Source: Bosea sp. (in: a-proteobacteria)
Lineage (GTDB): Bacteria; Pseudomonadota; Alphaproteobacteria; Rhizobiales; Beijerinckiaceae
Length of the DNA stretch: 64,000 bases
Reading direction: 5' to 3'
Assembly: GCF_035944895.1 (NCBI RefSeq)
Contig: NZ_DASZAT010000017.1
Span: 1,479 to 65,478 of the forward strand
The notes under the pieces were generated by a model. That model searched no databases, was not told where the DNA came from, and saw only the letters and a program-made list of their open reading frames with translations. This document shows, piece by piece, positions 35,942 through 43,815 of the stretch. A program made the position numbers and the translations under genes. Positions within the stretch are counted from its first letter, which is position 1. Each line of letters starts with the position of its first letter.

Positions 35942-37264
35942 TCAGCCGAACAGGCGCAGCACGCCCTGGTCGGCCTGGTTGGCGAGCGAGAGGGCCGTCT
36001 GCGAGAGCTGCTGGCGCGTATTGAGCGCGAGCAGGCTGGCGCCTTCCTCGTTCGGATCGGCAAGGACGAGATTGCCCGCGCCGGTGGTCAGCACGTTGGC
36101 GAGTTCCTTGGTGAAGTCCTGCCGGGTCTGGGCAACCGAGAGGTTCGAGCCCAGTGTCGAGGCGAGCGACTTCAGCGAGGTCAGCGAGCTGGTCAGGGCA
36201 GCGGTCGCCTTGTCGAGGTCGGCGTCGTTCTGGAAGTTGATGAAGCCGGCGAGCTGGGTGTTGATCGCACGCGGAATGCCGAGATTGTCGGCCGTGATGT
36301 TCGAGCCCTGGATGTCGAGCTTGGTCTGGTTCTTGCCGGTCTTCTCGTTGAAGACGATGGACAGCCGGTCGCCGCTCAGCAGGTTGATGCCGTTATAGCT
36401 CGAATCCTTGGCGAGATCGTCGATCTTGTTGCGCAGGTCATTGAACTGGTCGATCAGGTTCGAGCGCACGGCGGAGGTGACGTTCGGGGCGGTGATACCG
36501 GTGCCGGTGCGATCGGCCGCGGCCAATCCGACAGCCGCGTTGGCGAGACCGGTTTGGGCGGAGGTGATGGCGGTTGCAGGCGTTGTGTTTGCGCCTATGC
36601 CGAACTGCAGCGGTTCCGAACCGGTGCCCTTGACGTTGAGCTGGCCCTTTTCGTCGACGAAGGCGGTGGCGATGCCCGACTTGTTGATCTCATTGACGAG
36701 GTCGCGCATCGTCGCGTTCGCGGCAGAGAACGATGCTTCATAGGTCGTCGAGCCGGCGACGATCGAAATACCGATGTCGGTGGAGCCGGCCGTCATGCCG
36801 ACGTTGCCCGAGTACGTTGCCGTGGCATCGTTGACGACAGCAGCATTGTCGTCGACGAGCTTCTTGTCGAGCGCGATGTCCTTCAGGCTCTTGCTGGTGA
36901 CCGCGACTTCGGTCTGGGTGGCAAGCCCCGTACCGGCCTTGGTCGGGCGGTTCTGAGCCGCGTCGGCCTGGGCCTGTTTCACCGTCGATTGCAGCGACTG
37001 CACCAGCTTGGTGATGCCGTCGATGCCCTTGGAGGCAGCCTGGATGGTCTGGATGCCGTTCGAGATGCCGTCGAGCAGGCCGGTGAGCTGGCTCGAGCGA
37101 TCGTTCAGCGAAACGGAGGTGAAGTAGTTGACCGGGTTGTCGATGGCCGAGTTGACCTTCCGACCGGTCGCGAGGCGGTTCTGGATCACGCTCTGCTGGG
37201 CAGTGGTCTGCTGAAGGGTCAGCAGGTTGTTGCGGACGCCGTTCGACAGGATGGTGTTGGCCAT
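35942..37264 (-). CDS. flagellin (paralog 1, most divergent)
   Basis: Start trimmed to MANTILSNGVRNNLLTLQQT. Conserved flagellin N- and C-terminal helices (…LSLANQADQGVLRLFG). Confidence 0.9.
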   Translation of the reverse strand: MANTILSNGVRNNLLTLQQTTAQQSVIQNRLATGRKVNSAIDNPVNYFTSVSLNDRSSQLTGLLDGISNGIQTIQAASKGIDGITKLVQSLQSTVKQAQADAAQNRPTKAGTGLATQTEVAVTSKSLKDIALDKKLVDDNAAVVNDATATYSGNVGMTAGSTDIGISIVAGSTTYEASFSAANATMRDLVNEINKSGIATAFVDEKGQLNVKGTGSEPLQFGIGANTTPATAITSAQTGLANAAVGLAAADRTGTGITAPNVTSAVRSNLIDQFNDLRNKIDDLAKDSSYNGINLLSGDRLSIVFNEKTGKNQTKLDIQGSNITADNLGIPRAINTQLAGFINFQNDADLDKATAALTSSLTSLKSLASTLGSNLSVAQTRQDFTKELANVLTTGAGNLVLADPNEEGASLLALNTRQQLSQTALSLANQADQGVLRLFG

Positions 37265-37301
37265 TTCAGGTCCCTCAGACAGCGCGATTCGGCGCTCAGC
37301 C

Positions 37302-37317
37302 AGCTTGCTTGGGACCG
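37302..37317 (-). promoter_or_regulatory. weak sigma54-like -24/-12 candidate upstream of flagellin 1
   Basis: The minus strand reads CGGTCC-caagc-aaGCT. GG-N10-GC spacing is correct but the flanking bases are poor. It lies ~40 nt upstream of the ATG. Confidence 0.25.
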
Positions 37318-37365
37318 ACAATCCTTTGTTAAGGCTAATAAACGGTTAATCGCGCCGCTGGGCGC

Positions 37366-37398
37366 AAACGAAAAGCGGCGGAGCCGAGGCTCCGCCGC
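37366..37398 (-). terminator. intrinsic terminator of flagellin 2
   Basis: The minus strand reads GCGGCGGAGCC-tc-GGCTCCGCCGC followed by TTTTCGTTTG. Identical to the copy at 38969-39001. Confidence 0.75.
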
Positions 37399-37451
37399 TC
37401 TTTTGCTTCGTCCCGCGTTCTGCGGGGTGATCCGCTCCTGCGGACCGAAGA

Positions 37452-38780
37452 TCAGCCGAGGAGACGCAGGACGCCCTGGTCGGCCTGGTTGGCGAGGGAG
37501 AGCGCCTGCTGCGAGAGCTGCTGACGGGTCTGCAGCGCGAGCAGGGAGGCGGCTTCCTGGTTGAGGTCGGCGTTGACGAGGCTGTCGGCACCGGTCGTCA
37601 GGACGTTCGCCATGTCCTTGGTGAAGTCCTGCCGGGTCTGGACGACCGAGAGGTTGGCGCCGAAGGTCGAGGAGAGCGACTTCAGCGAGGTCAGCGCGCC
37701 GGTCAGCGACTTGGTGGCGGCTTCCAGATCGGAGTCGTTCTGGAAGTTGACGCTGCCGGCGAGCTGGGTGTTGCCAGCCTTGACGAGGCCGAGGTTGTCG
37801 GAGGTCAGCTGGGTGCCCTGGACGTCGAGCTTGGTCTGGTTCTTGCCGGTCTTCTCGTTGAAGACGACCGACAGACGGTCACCGCCGAGCAGGTTGATGC
37901 CGTTGAAGCCGGCATCCTTGGCGAGATCGTCGATCTTGTTGCGCAGGTCGTTGTACTGGTCGATCAGGTTCGAGCGAACCGCCGAGGTGACGGTCGGCCC
38001 CTTGATCGCAGTCGCCGCGACCGCGTCAGCGGGGAGGAAGTTGATTGCTGCGTTGGAGCCGCCGCCCTGTGCCGCAGTGATGGCAGCGGCGCCGCCTGCG
38101 GCAGCACCGATACCGAACTCGAGATCCTCGGAGCCGGTGCCCTTGACGTTGAGCTGGCCCTTTTCGTCGACGAAGGCGGTGGCGATGCCCGACTTGTTGA
38201 TCTCGTTGACGAGGTCGCGGACCGTCGCACCCGCTGCGGCGAACGACGCCTCATAGGTGGTGGAGCCGGCCGTCAGCGAGATGCCGATATCGGTGTTGGC
38301 GACCGCGATGCCAAGGTCACCGGCGCTGGTCGCCGTCGCGGCGTCCGCACCGACCGTGCCGACCGCGCTGTCGGCCAGGCGCTTGTCGAGGGCGATGTCC
38401 TTGAGGCTCTTGCTGGTGGCGGCGACTTCGGCCTGGGTGGCGAGGGCGCCACCGGCCTTGGTCGGGCGGTTCTGTGCCGCGTCGGCCTGAGCCTGCTTGA
38501 CCGTCGACTGCAGCGACTGCACCAGCTTGGTGATGCCGTCGATGCCCTTGGAGGCAGCCTGGATGGTCTGGATGCCGTTCGAGATGCCGTCGAGCAGGCC
38601 GGTGAGCTGGCTCGAGCGATCGTTCAGCGAGGCGGCGGTGAAGAAGTTGACCGGGCTGTCGATCGCGGAGTTGACCTTCTTGCCGGTGGCGAGACGGTTC
38701 TGGATCTGCGCGGACTGAGCGGCGGTCGACTGCAGCGTCGAGAGGTTGTTGCGGACGCCGGCAGAGAGCGAAACGGCCAT
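37452..38780 (-). CDS. flagellin (paralog 2)
   Basis: Start trimmed to MAVSLSAGVRNNLSTLQST, with an AGGAAGG RBS. The termini are near-identical to paralog 3. Confidence 0.9.
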   Translation of the reverse strand: MAVSLSAGVRNNLSTLQSTAAQSAQIQNRLATGKKVNSAIDSPVNFFTAASLNDRSSQLTGLLDGISNGIQTIQAASKGIDGITKLVQSLQSTVKQAQADAAQNRPTKAGGALATQAEVAATSKSLKDIALDKRLADSAVGTVGADAATATSAGDLGIAVANTDIGISLTAGSTTYEASFAAAGATVRDLVNEINKSGIATAFVDEKGQLNVKGTGSEDLEFGIGAAAGGAAAITAAQGGGSNAAINFLPADAVAATAIKGPTVTSAVRSNLIDQYNDLRNKIDDLAKDAGFNGINLLGGDRLSVVFNEKTGKNQTKLDVQGTQLTSDNLGLVKAGNTQLAGSVNFQNDSDLEAATKSLTGALTSLKSLSSTFGANLSVVQTRQDFTKDMANVLTTGADSLVNADLNQEAASLLALQTRQQLSQQALSLANQADQGVLRLLG

Positions 38781-38968
38781 GATTTGATACCTTCCTGGTA
38801 TGGTGCCTTCTGGCAGCGCGACCATTCTGGCCGCGACCGAGACACCATGCGTCCGATCTCGTAACGAGCGGTAAATTCGAGCCGGCGAATTGCTCGGAAA
38901 CCGGGCGAAGTCCTGACATGGTTAATGGATGTGGAACGGCGCGCGTGGTGCCGATCCTGGCTTCCCGC

Positions 38969-39001
38969 AAACGAAAAGCGGCGGAGCCGAGGCTCCGCCG
39001 C
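38969..39001 (-). terminator. intrinsic terminator of flagellin 3
   Basis: Same 11-bp stem plus U-tract as at 37366-37398. Confidence 0.75.
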
Positions 39002-39054
39002 TCTTTTGCTTCGTCCCGCGTTCTGCGGGGTGATCCGCTCCTGCGGACCGAAGA

Positions 39055-40380
39055 TCAGCCGAGGAGACGCAGGACGCCCTGGTCGGCCTGGTTGGCGAGG
39101 GCGAGCGCCTGCTGCGAGAGCTGCTGACGGGTCTGCAGCGCGAGCAGGGAGGCGGCTTCCTGGTTGAGGTCGGCGTTGACGAGGTTGTCGGCGCCGCTGG
39201 TCAGGACGTTCGCCATGTCCTTGGTGAAGTCCTGCCGGGTCTGGACGACCGAGAGGCTGGCGCCGAAGGTCGAGGAGAGCGACTTCAGCGAGGTCAGCGC
39301 GCCGGTCAGCGACTTGGTGGCGGCTTCCAGATCGGAGTCGTTCTGGAAGTTGACGCTGCCGGCGAGCTGGGTGTTGCCAGCCTTGACGATGCCGAGGTTG
39401 TCGGAGTTCAGCTGGGTGCCCTGGACGTCGAGCTTGGTCTGGTTCTTGCCGGTCTTCTCGTTGAAGACGACCGACAGACGGTCACCGCCGAGCAGGTTGA
39501 TGCCGTTGAAACCGGTATCCTTGGCGAGATCGTCGATCTTGGTGCGCAGATCGTTGTACTGGTCGATCAGGTTCGAGCGTGTCGCCGAAGTGATGGACTG
39601 GCCCTGGATGCCGGTGCCCGCCACGTTGTCCGTGGCCAAGAAGTTGATCTTGGCGTTGCTATTGCCGGCGCCGGCGGCGGCGGCCTGCGAGGTGGTGGCA
39701 TCCGTGCCGACGCCGAAGCCGAACTGGACTTCTTCCGAGCCGGTGCCCTTGATGTTGAGCTGGCCCTTCTCGTCGACGAAGGCGGTGGCGACGCCCGACT
39801 TGTTGATCTCGTTGACGAGATCACGCACCGTCGTGGTGGTTGCGCTGAAGCTCGCGGTGTAGGTCGTGGAGCCCGACTTCAGGAAGATGGCAGCGGTGTT
39901 GTTGGTCGTCGTGTCGATGCCGATGTCACCGGCCGAGGTGGCGGTGGCAGCGTCAGCAACGGCATCAGCGCCGCCGATCTTCTTGTCGAGGGCGATGTCC
40001 TTCAGGCTCTTGCTGGTGGCGGTGACTTCCGCCGCGGTCGCCAGAGCTCCGCCGGCCTTGGTCGGGCGGTTCTGAGCCGCGTCGGCCTGGGCCTGCTTGA
40101 TCGTCGACTGCAGCGACTGGACCAGCTTGGTGATGCCGTCGATGCCCTTGGAGGCAGCCTGGATGGTCTGGATGCCGTTCGAGATGCCGTCGAGCAGGCC
40201 CGTGAGCTGGCTCGCGCGATCGTTCAGCGAGGCGGCGGTGAAGAAGTTGACCGGGCTGTCGATCGCGGAGTTGACCTTCTTGCCGGTGGCGAGACGGTTC
40301 TGGATCTGCGAGGACTGGGCGGCGGTCGATTGCAGCGTCGCGAGATTGTTGCGAACGCCGGCAGAGAGAGAGACGGCCAT
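39055..40380 (-). CDS. flagellin (paralog 3)
   Basis: Start trimmed to MAVSLSAGVRNNLATLQST, with an AGGAAGG RBS. Flagellin N/C helices are present. Confidence 0.9.
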   Translation of the reverse strand: MAVSLSAGVRNNLATLQSTAAQSSQIQNRLATGKKVNSAIDSPVNFFTAASLNDRASQLTGLLDGISNGIQTIQAASKGIDGITKLVQSLQSTIKQAQADAAQNRPTKAGGALATAAEVTATSKSLKDIALDKKIGGADAVADAATATSAGDIGIDTTTNNTAAIFLKSGSTTYTASFSATTTTVRDLVNEINKSGVATAFVDEKGQLNIKGTGSEEVQFGFGVGTDATTSQAAAAGAGNSNAKINFLATDNVAGTGIQGQSITSATRSNLIDQYNDLRTKIDDLAKDTGFNGINLLGGDRLSVVFNEKTGKNQTKLDVQGTQLNSDNLGIVKAGNTQLAGSVNFQNDSDLEAATKSLTGALTSLKSLSSTFGASLSVVQTRQDFTKDMANVLTSGADNLVNADLNQEAASLLALQTRQQLSQQALALANQADQGVLRLLG

Positions 40381-40638
40381 AATTCGATTACCTTCCTGGT
40401 ATGGTGCCTTCTGGCGTCGAGACCGTTCTGGCCGCGACCGAGGGAGGATGCTGCCGATTTCGTAATGAGGAATGAATCCAAGCCGGCGAATTGCCCGCAA
40501 TTCGAGCGAAGTTGCGAACTAGTTAACGAGTGTAAAACACTGCTGCGCCGAGGCTTTTGCGATCGGATCTGGCCTGGCGAACGAAAAACGCCGCCGGCGA
40601 ATACCAGCGACGTCAAAAGATGAGTGAGGCCGATAAGC

Positions 40639-41109
40639 CTAAGCGAGGCGCTCGATCTCGTGACTACGAGGAGCTTCCGCCTCGCGGTTACGCTCGATGA
40701 TCTCGCGCGACCAGATGCGCAGCTTCAGCAGCGTCTCGTCAGGGAGCTGCTCGACGACTTCGCCGGTGTCGCGGTTGGTCTTGCGCAAGATGACGCTGCG
40801 TGTCTTCGGCTCGATATCGAGCCGCCGCTCGATCACGTCGCGCAGCTCCTGCTGGCGGCGCTGCTGATCGAAGCGGCGCTGCTGGGCCGTATCGTCCTGG
40901 GCGCTCTGCTGGCGCTGCGCGTCGGAGCGACGCTCCTCGGCGCGGGCGCGGATGTCGAGCTGGACGGGTTCGCCCGCGGGGACCGAACGGACGGTCTTCT
41001 CCGGGGGGAGCTCGACCGGCGTTGCGCCGTTCTGGACGGAAATATCGGTGCGTATCGTCGCCTGGACGGCACCGGTCGCGAACGTCTTGGGTGTCGCGCC
41101 GAAATCCAT
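40639..41109 (-). CDS. FlaG-like flagellar protein
   Basis: Start trimmed to MDFGATPKTF, with a GAGGAG RBS. The C-terminal LDIEPKTRSVILRKTNRDTGEVVEQLPDETLLKL matches the FlaG-family core pattern. Confidence 0.6.
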   Translation of the reverse strand: MDFGATPKTFATGAVQATIRTDISVQNGATPVELPPEKTVRSVPAGEPVQLDIRARAEERRSDAQRQQSAQDDTAQQRRFDQQRRQQELRDVIERRLDIEPKTRSVILRKTNRDTGEVVEQLPDETLLKLRIWSREIIERNREAEAPRSHEIERLA

Positions 41110-41353
41110 TCTGGACTCCTCTCGCAAGGGCGGACTTCTTCCAAGCCTGAGAAGATGCGGCAGAGAGTTGAATCCGCCGTTAGAGAAATTGGTAAATTGC
41201 CATGCGTTTTGCACGTTTTCTGTGCTTCGACAGCGTTAACGCGGCTTAGATCGAGTCTCGACCCAGATTAACCATGCAGTTGTCCGTCAGCAGAAAGCTG
41301 CTGATCTGGACCTGCCGCAAGTGCTCGGATGTTTTTTCTTGAGGGGGCGGATC

Positions 41354-41842
41354 TCACAGACTCTTCGAGATCACCAGCGGGCCGGCATTGGGCCGAGCGA
41401 AGACTCCGGCGCCGACGGTCGCAGTCGGGCCGTAACCGGGCGCCCGGTTCTGCTTGTTGGTGTCGGTGGCGAGGTCACGCATGATCGATTCCGAGATCGC
41501 CCGAGCCGTCGCCAGCACGGTCTGATTGAGGTCGATCAGCTCCTGGAAGGCAAGATGGGCGCCCTTCAGGCGCTTGACCCTCTCCGGGGCGAAGCGGGCG
41601 AGCGCCACCGCGTTCAGTTTCACCTGCTCGACGCCCTTCATATAGACGCCGGCGAGCTCGGTCTTGCGCGCCTCGCGCTCCATCGCATCCTTGAGACGCC
41701 CGGCCTTGACCAGTCCGGTCTCCTCGCCAACGACATGGGAGAGCGCACTCAGCGTCTCCATCACGGTCTCGATCAGGCGTTCCGCCTCGAGCGCGCTCGA
41801 GACGCGCGGGCGTTCGTCGATGACGCGCATCCGCTCAAGCAT
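41354..41842 (-). CDS. flagellar-cluster protein, FlbY- or FlgN-like (uncertain)
   Basis: 162-aa helical protein whose start overlaps the rod-binding gene's stop by 8 nt. Its position matches flbY in the Caulobacter flgI-cheL-flbY operon. I recognise no diagnostic motif. Confidence 0.35.
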   Translation of the reverse strand: MLERMRVIDERPRVSSALEAERLIETVMETLSALSHVVGEETGLVKAGRLKDAMEREARKTELAGVYMKGVEQVKLNAVALARFAPERVKRLKGAHLAFQELIDLNQTVLATARAISESIMRDLATDTNKQNRAPGYGPTATVGAGVFARPNAGPLVISKSL

Positions 41843-42194
41843 TGCCGGCTCCCGCCGACTTGCCGGCCGAAGCCTGGACCTGGATCAGGTCGCGCATGAT
41901 CTGGTCGGACAGGCCGACGCCGCCGGATTTCTGAATCTGCTTGGCGTATTCCTGCGTCAGCATCGAACGCCAGACGTCGCCGCCGGTGCCGTTCTCGCCG
42001 AGCGGGCCTTCGGTCCCGCTCGAGCTCATCATGGTCTGGGTGAAGTTTTCGAGGAAGACGGTCTCGAAATCGTCGGCGGTCTTCTTCGCCTTGGTATTCT
42101 GCGCGGAGCTGAGTGCGTCGGCGATGCCGCCGGCCAGCTTGGTGGCGGCGCCGATGGCGAGCTTGGCGGCGGGAGCGGCGAGGAGGGCACTCAT
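41835..42194 (-). CDS. rod-binding protein (FlgJ N-terminal domain / CheL-like)
   Basis: DDFETVFLENFTQTMM...GGVGLSDQIMRDL is typical of the Rod_binding domain. The start overlaps the flgI stop by 1 nt. Confidence 0.75.
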   Translation of the reverse strand: MSALLAAPAAKLAIGAATKLAGGIADALSSAQNTKAKKTADDFETVFLENFTQTMMSSSGTEGPLGENGTGGDVWRSMLTQEYAKQIQKSGGVGLSDQIMRDLIQVQASAGKSAGAGNA

Positions 42195-43444
42195 TACATC
42201 ACCTCGATGTCGGCTTGCAGCGCGCCGGCTGCCTTGATGGCTTGCAGGATGGAGAGTAGGTCGCGCGGGCCGATGCCGAGGGCGTTCAGCCCGTCGACCA
42301 GCTCGCGCAGGGTGACGCTCTCCTTGACGAGAGCGAGCTTGTTGGTGCCCTCGGTGTCGACCTTGACGTTGCTGCGCGGCACCACGACGGTCCGGCCGTT
42401 GCCGAACTCGTTGGGCTGGCTGACCTGCGGCTCCTCCGAGATCGTCACGGTCAGGTTGCCCTGAGCGACGGCGACTGTGGAGACGCGGACATCCTTGCCC
42501 ATCACGATGATGCCGGAGCGCTCGTCGATGACGACGCGGGCGCCCTGGTCGGGCTCGACCCGGAGCTGCTCGATATCGGTGAGCAGGCGGATCATGTTGC
42601 CCTGGAAGCGCGGCGGGATCTGCAGGACCACGGTCGAGGGGTCGGTCGGCTCGGCCGAGTCGCCGCCGATGAAGTCGTTGATCGCGGCGGCGATGCGGCG
42701 GGCGGTGGTGAGATCGGGATTGCGCAGCGACAGGCGCAGCGTCTTCAGCTTGTTGAGGGCGAAGTCGATCTCGCGCTCGACCAGGCCGCCATTGGCGATG
42801 CGGCCGACGGTCGGCACGCCGCGGGTGATCTTGGCGGCTTCCGCCTCGGCCGAGAAGCCGGCGATCGCCACCGGGCCCTGCGACACCGCGTAGACCTCGC
42901 CATCGGCGCCGAGCAGCGGGGTCGCGAGCAATGTGCCGCCCTGCAGCGACTTGGCATCGCCCAGCGCCGAGACGGTGACGTCGAGGCGCGTGCCCTGGAC
43001 GGCGAAAGGCGGCAGGTTGGCGGTGATCATCACCGCTGCGACGTTGGCGGTGCGCATGCTGGCGCCGCGGGTGTTGACGCCGAGGCGCTCCAGCATCGCC
43101 TGCAGCGACTGCTTGGTGAACGGCGCGTTGTTGAGGGTGTCGCCGGTGCCGTTGAGGCCGACAACAATGCCGTAGCCGAGGATCTGATTGCTGCGCACGC
43201 CCTCGACCGAGGCGAGGTCCTTGATGCGCGAGAGCGCGGTGCCCATGCCGCCGCTGCCGGCGAAGGCGGTGCGCGAGACGCCGGCCTCGGCCGCGCCGTT
43301 GCGCGTCGGAGCGTGATTGCTGACGCCGTTGCTGCCGCGGGCCAAAGGCGGCGCCGGAGCAAGATCAGCCGCCATCGCGGCGCCGGCCAGCAGCAAGGCT
43401 GTGAGCGGCGTCAGCAGATGGTGGAGGCGGAGGATGCTAGGCAT
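42194..43444 (-). CDS. flgI: flagellar P-ring protein FlgI
   Basis: Start trimmed to MPSILRLHHLL (signal peptide). The core is SRIKDLASVEGVRSNQILGYGIVVGLNGTGD.... Confidence 0.9.
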   Translation of the reverse strand: MPSILRLHHLLTPLTALLLAGAAMAADLAPAPPLARGSNGVSNHAPTRNGAAEAGVSRTAFAGSGGMGTALSRIKDLASVEGVRSNQILGYGIVVGLNGTGDTLNNAPFTKQSLQAMLERLGVNTRGASMRTANVAAVMITANLPPFAVQGTRLDVTVSALGDAKSLQGGTLLATPLLGADGEVYAVSQGPVAIAGFSAEAEAAKITRGVPTVGRIANGGLVEREIDFALNKLKTLRLSLRNPDLTTARRIAAAINDFIGGDSAEPTDPSTVVLQIPPRFQGNMIRLLTDIEQLRVEPDQGARVVIDERSGIIVMGKDVRVSTVAVAQGNLTVTISEEPQVSQPNEFGNGRTVVVPRSNVKVDTEGTNKLALVKESVTLRELVDGLNALGIGPRDLLSILQAIKAAGALQADIEVM

Positions 43445-43478
43445 ATGGCACCGGGTGAATCTGATGTCGCCAAGCCGT

Positions 43479-43494
43479 TGCGAAGAGCGTGCCA
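43479..43494 (-). promoter_or_regulatory. sigma54 (-24/-12) promoter of flgI
   Basis: The minus strand reads TGGCAC-gctct-tcGCA with exact spacing. It lies ~35 nt upstream of the flgI ATG. Confidence 0.6.
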
Positions 43495-43587
43495 ATTCGG
43501 GAGAAAGCGAAAACGCTTTTTAATCAGGATTTTAGAGATGGATGGCCTGATCGCTCAGGGACTGGCGGCCGGTGCAAAGCTGCCGCC

Positions 43588-43606
43588 CCCGGCAAATCCT
43601 GCCGGG
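43588..43606. promoter_or_regulatory. perfect palindrome CCCGGCA-aatcc-TGCCGGG, candidate FlbD/ftr-like enhancer
   Basis: 19 bp, ~100 bp upstream of the flgI sigma54 promoter. Same half-sites as 29911-29927. Confidence 0.4.
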
Positions 43607-43666
43607 CGGTTTACTGCTCGTTAACCACGTTGCCGGCACAAGGAATTGGGTCGGCTAGAGCCCGTT

Positions 43667-43761
43667 CCGTTCGGCTTGCACTGCAAGCCGAACGGATAAA
43701 ACGGTCTCTAACTAAATAGTGAGAGACGGATTCACCGATCAGATTGCTTCAATCTGATCGG
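43667..43761. other. three consecutive hairpins in the flgI-fliX intergenic region
   Basis: CCGTTCGGCTTGC-act-GCAAGCCGAACGG (13 bp; 43667-43695). GTCTCT-12 nt-AGAGAC (43704-43727). CCGATCAGATT-gcttc-AATCTGATCGG (11 bp; 43735-43761). Confidence 0.5.
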
Positions 43762-43815
43762 ATCCGGCTCTGACGTTCGTGCAGCGCCTTTTCAGGCCGA
43801 CCTTGCGAGAGCGTG

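Larger units (their letters stand above)
37364..40380. repeat. tandem duplication of a flagellin gene unit (period 1603 bp at the 3' ends)
   Basis: 37364-37497 is identical to 38967-39100 (3' UTR, terminator and last codons). High identity continues through the C-terminal and N-terminal coding parts. The central domain coding region has diverged. Confidence 0.85.

Noticed and set aside
38832-38847. A sigma54-like TGGTGT-ctcgg-tcGCg upstream of flagellin 2 (minus strand).
   Set aside because: The GG dinucleotide is not conserved at the equivalent position upstream of the otherwise near-identical flagellin 3 leader (GCATCCTCCC instead of GCATGGTGTC). It is therefore probably fortuitous.
37561-39862. 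Plus-strand ORFs of ~231 aa opposite flagellins 2 and 3 (37561-38256 and 39164-39862), which are similar to each other.
   Set aside because: They are similar only because the flagellin genes on the other strand are duplicated. The sequences are Ser/Pro/Ala-rich with no domain features.
40452-40459. GCCGATTT (sigma28 -10-like, GCCGATAA) near the flagellin 3 upstream region, with TCCGATCT at the equivalent site of flagellin 2.
   Set aside because: The motif is on the plus strand, which is the wrong orientation to drive the minus-strand flagellin genes. No TAAA -35 element sits at the right spacing.
43520-43534. A TTAA-N7-TTTA CtrA-like box between flgI and fliX.
   Set aside because: Only one good half-site. 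It sits in an AT-rich patch where such matches arise by chance. I have no support from a second copy or from positional logic.
43489-43719. A 76-aa ORF (+) and the 43739-43930 ORF (-) in the flgI-fliX intergenic region.
   Set aside because: No RBS, atypical composition, and overlap with the promoter, palindrome and hairpin elements. They are likely spurious.
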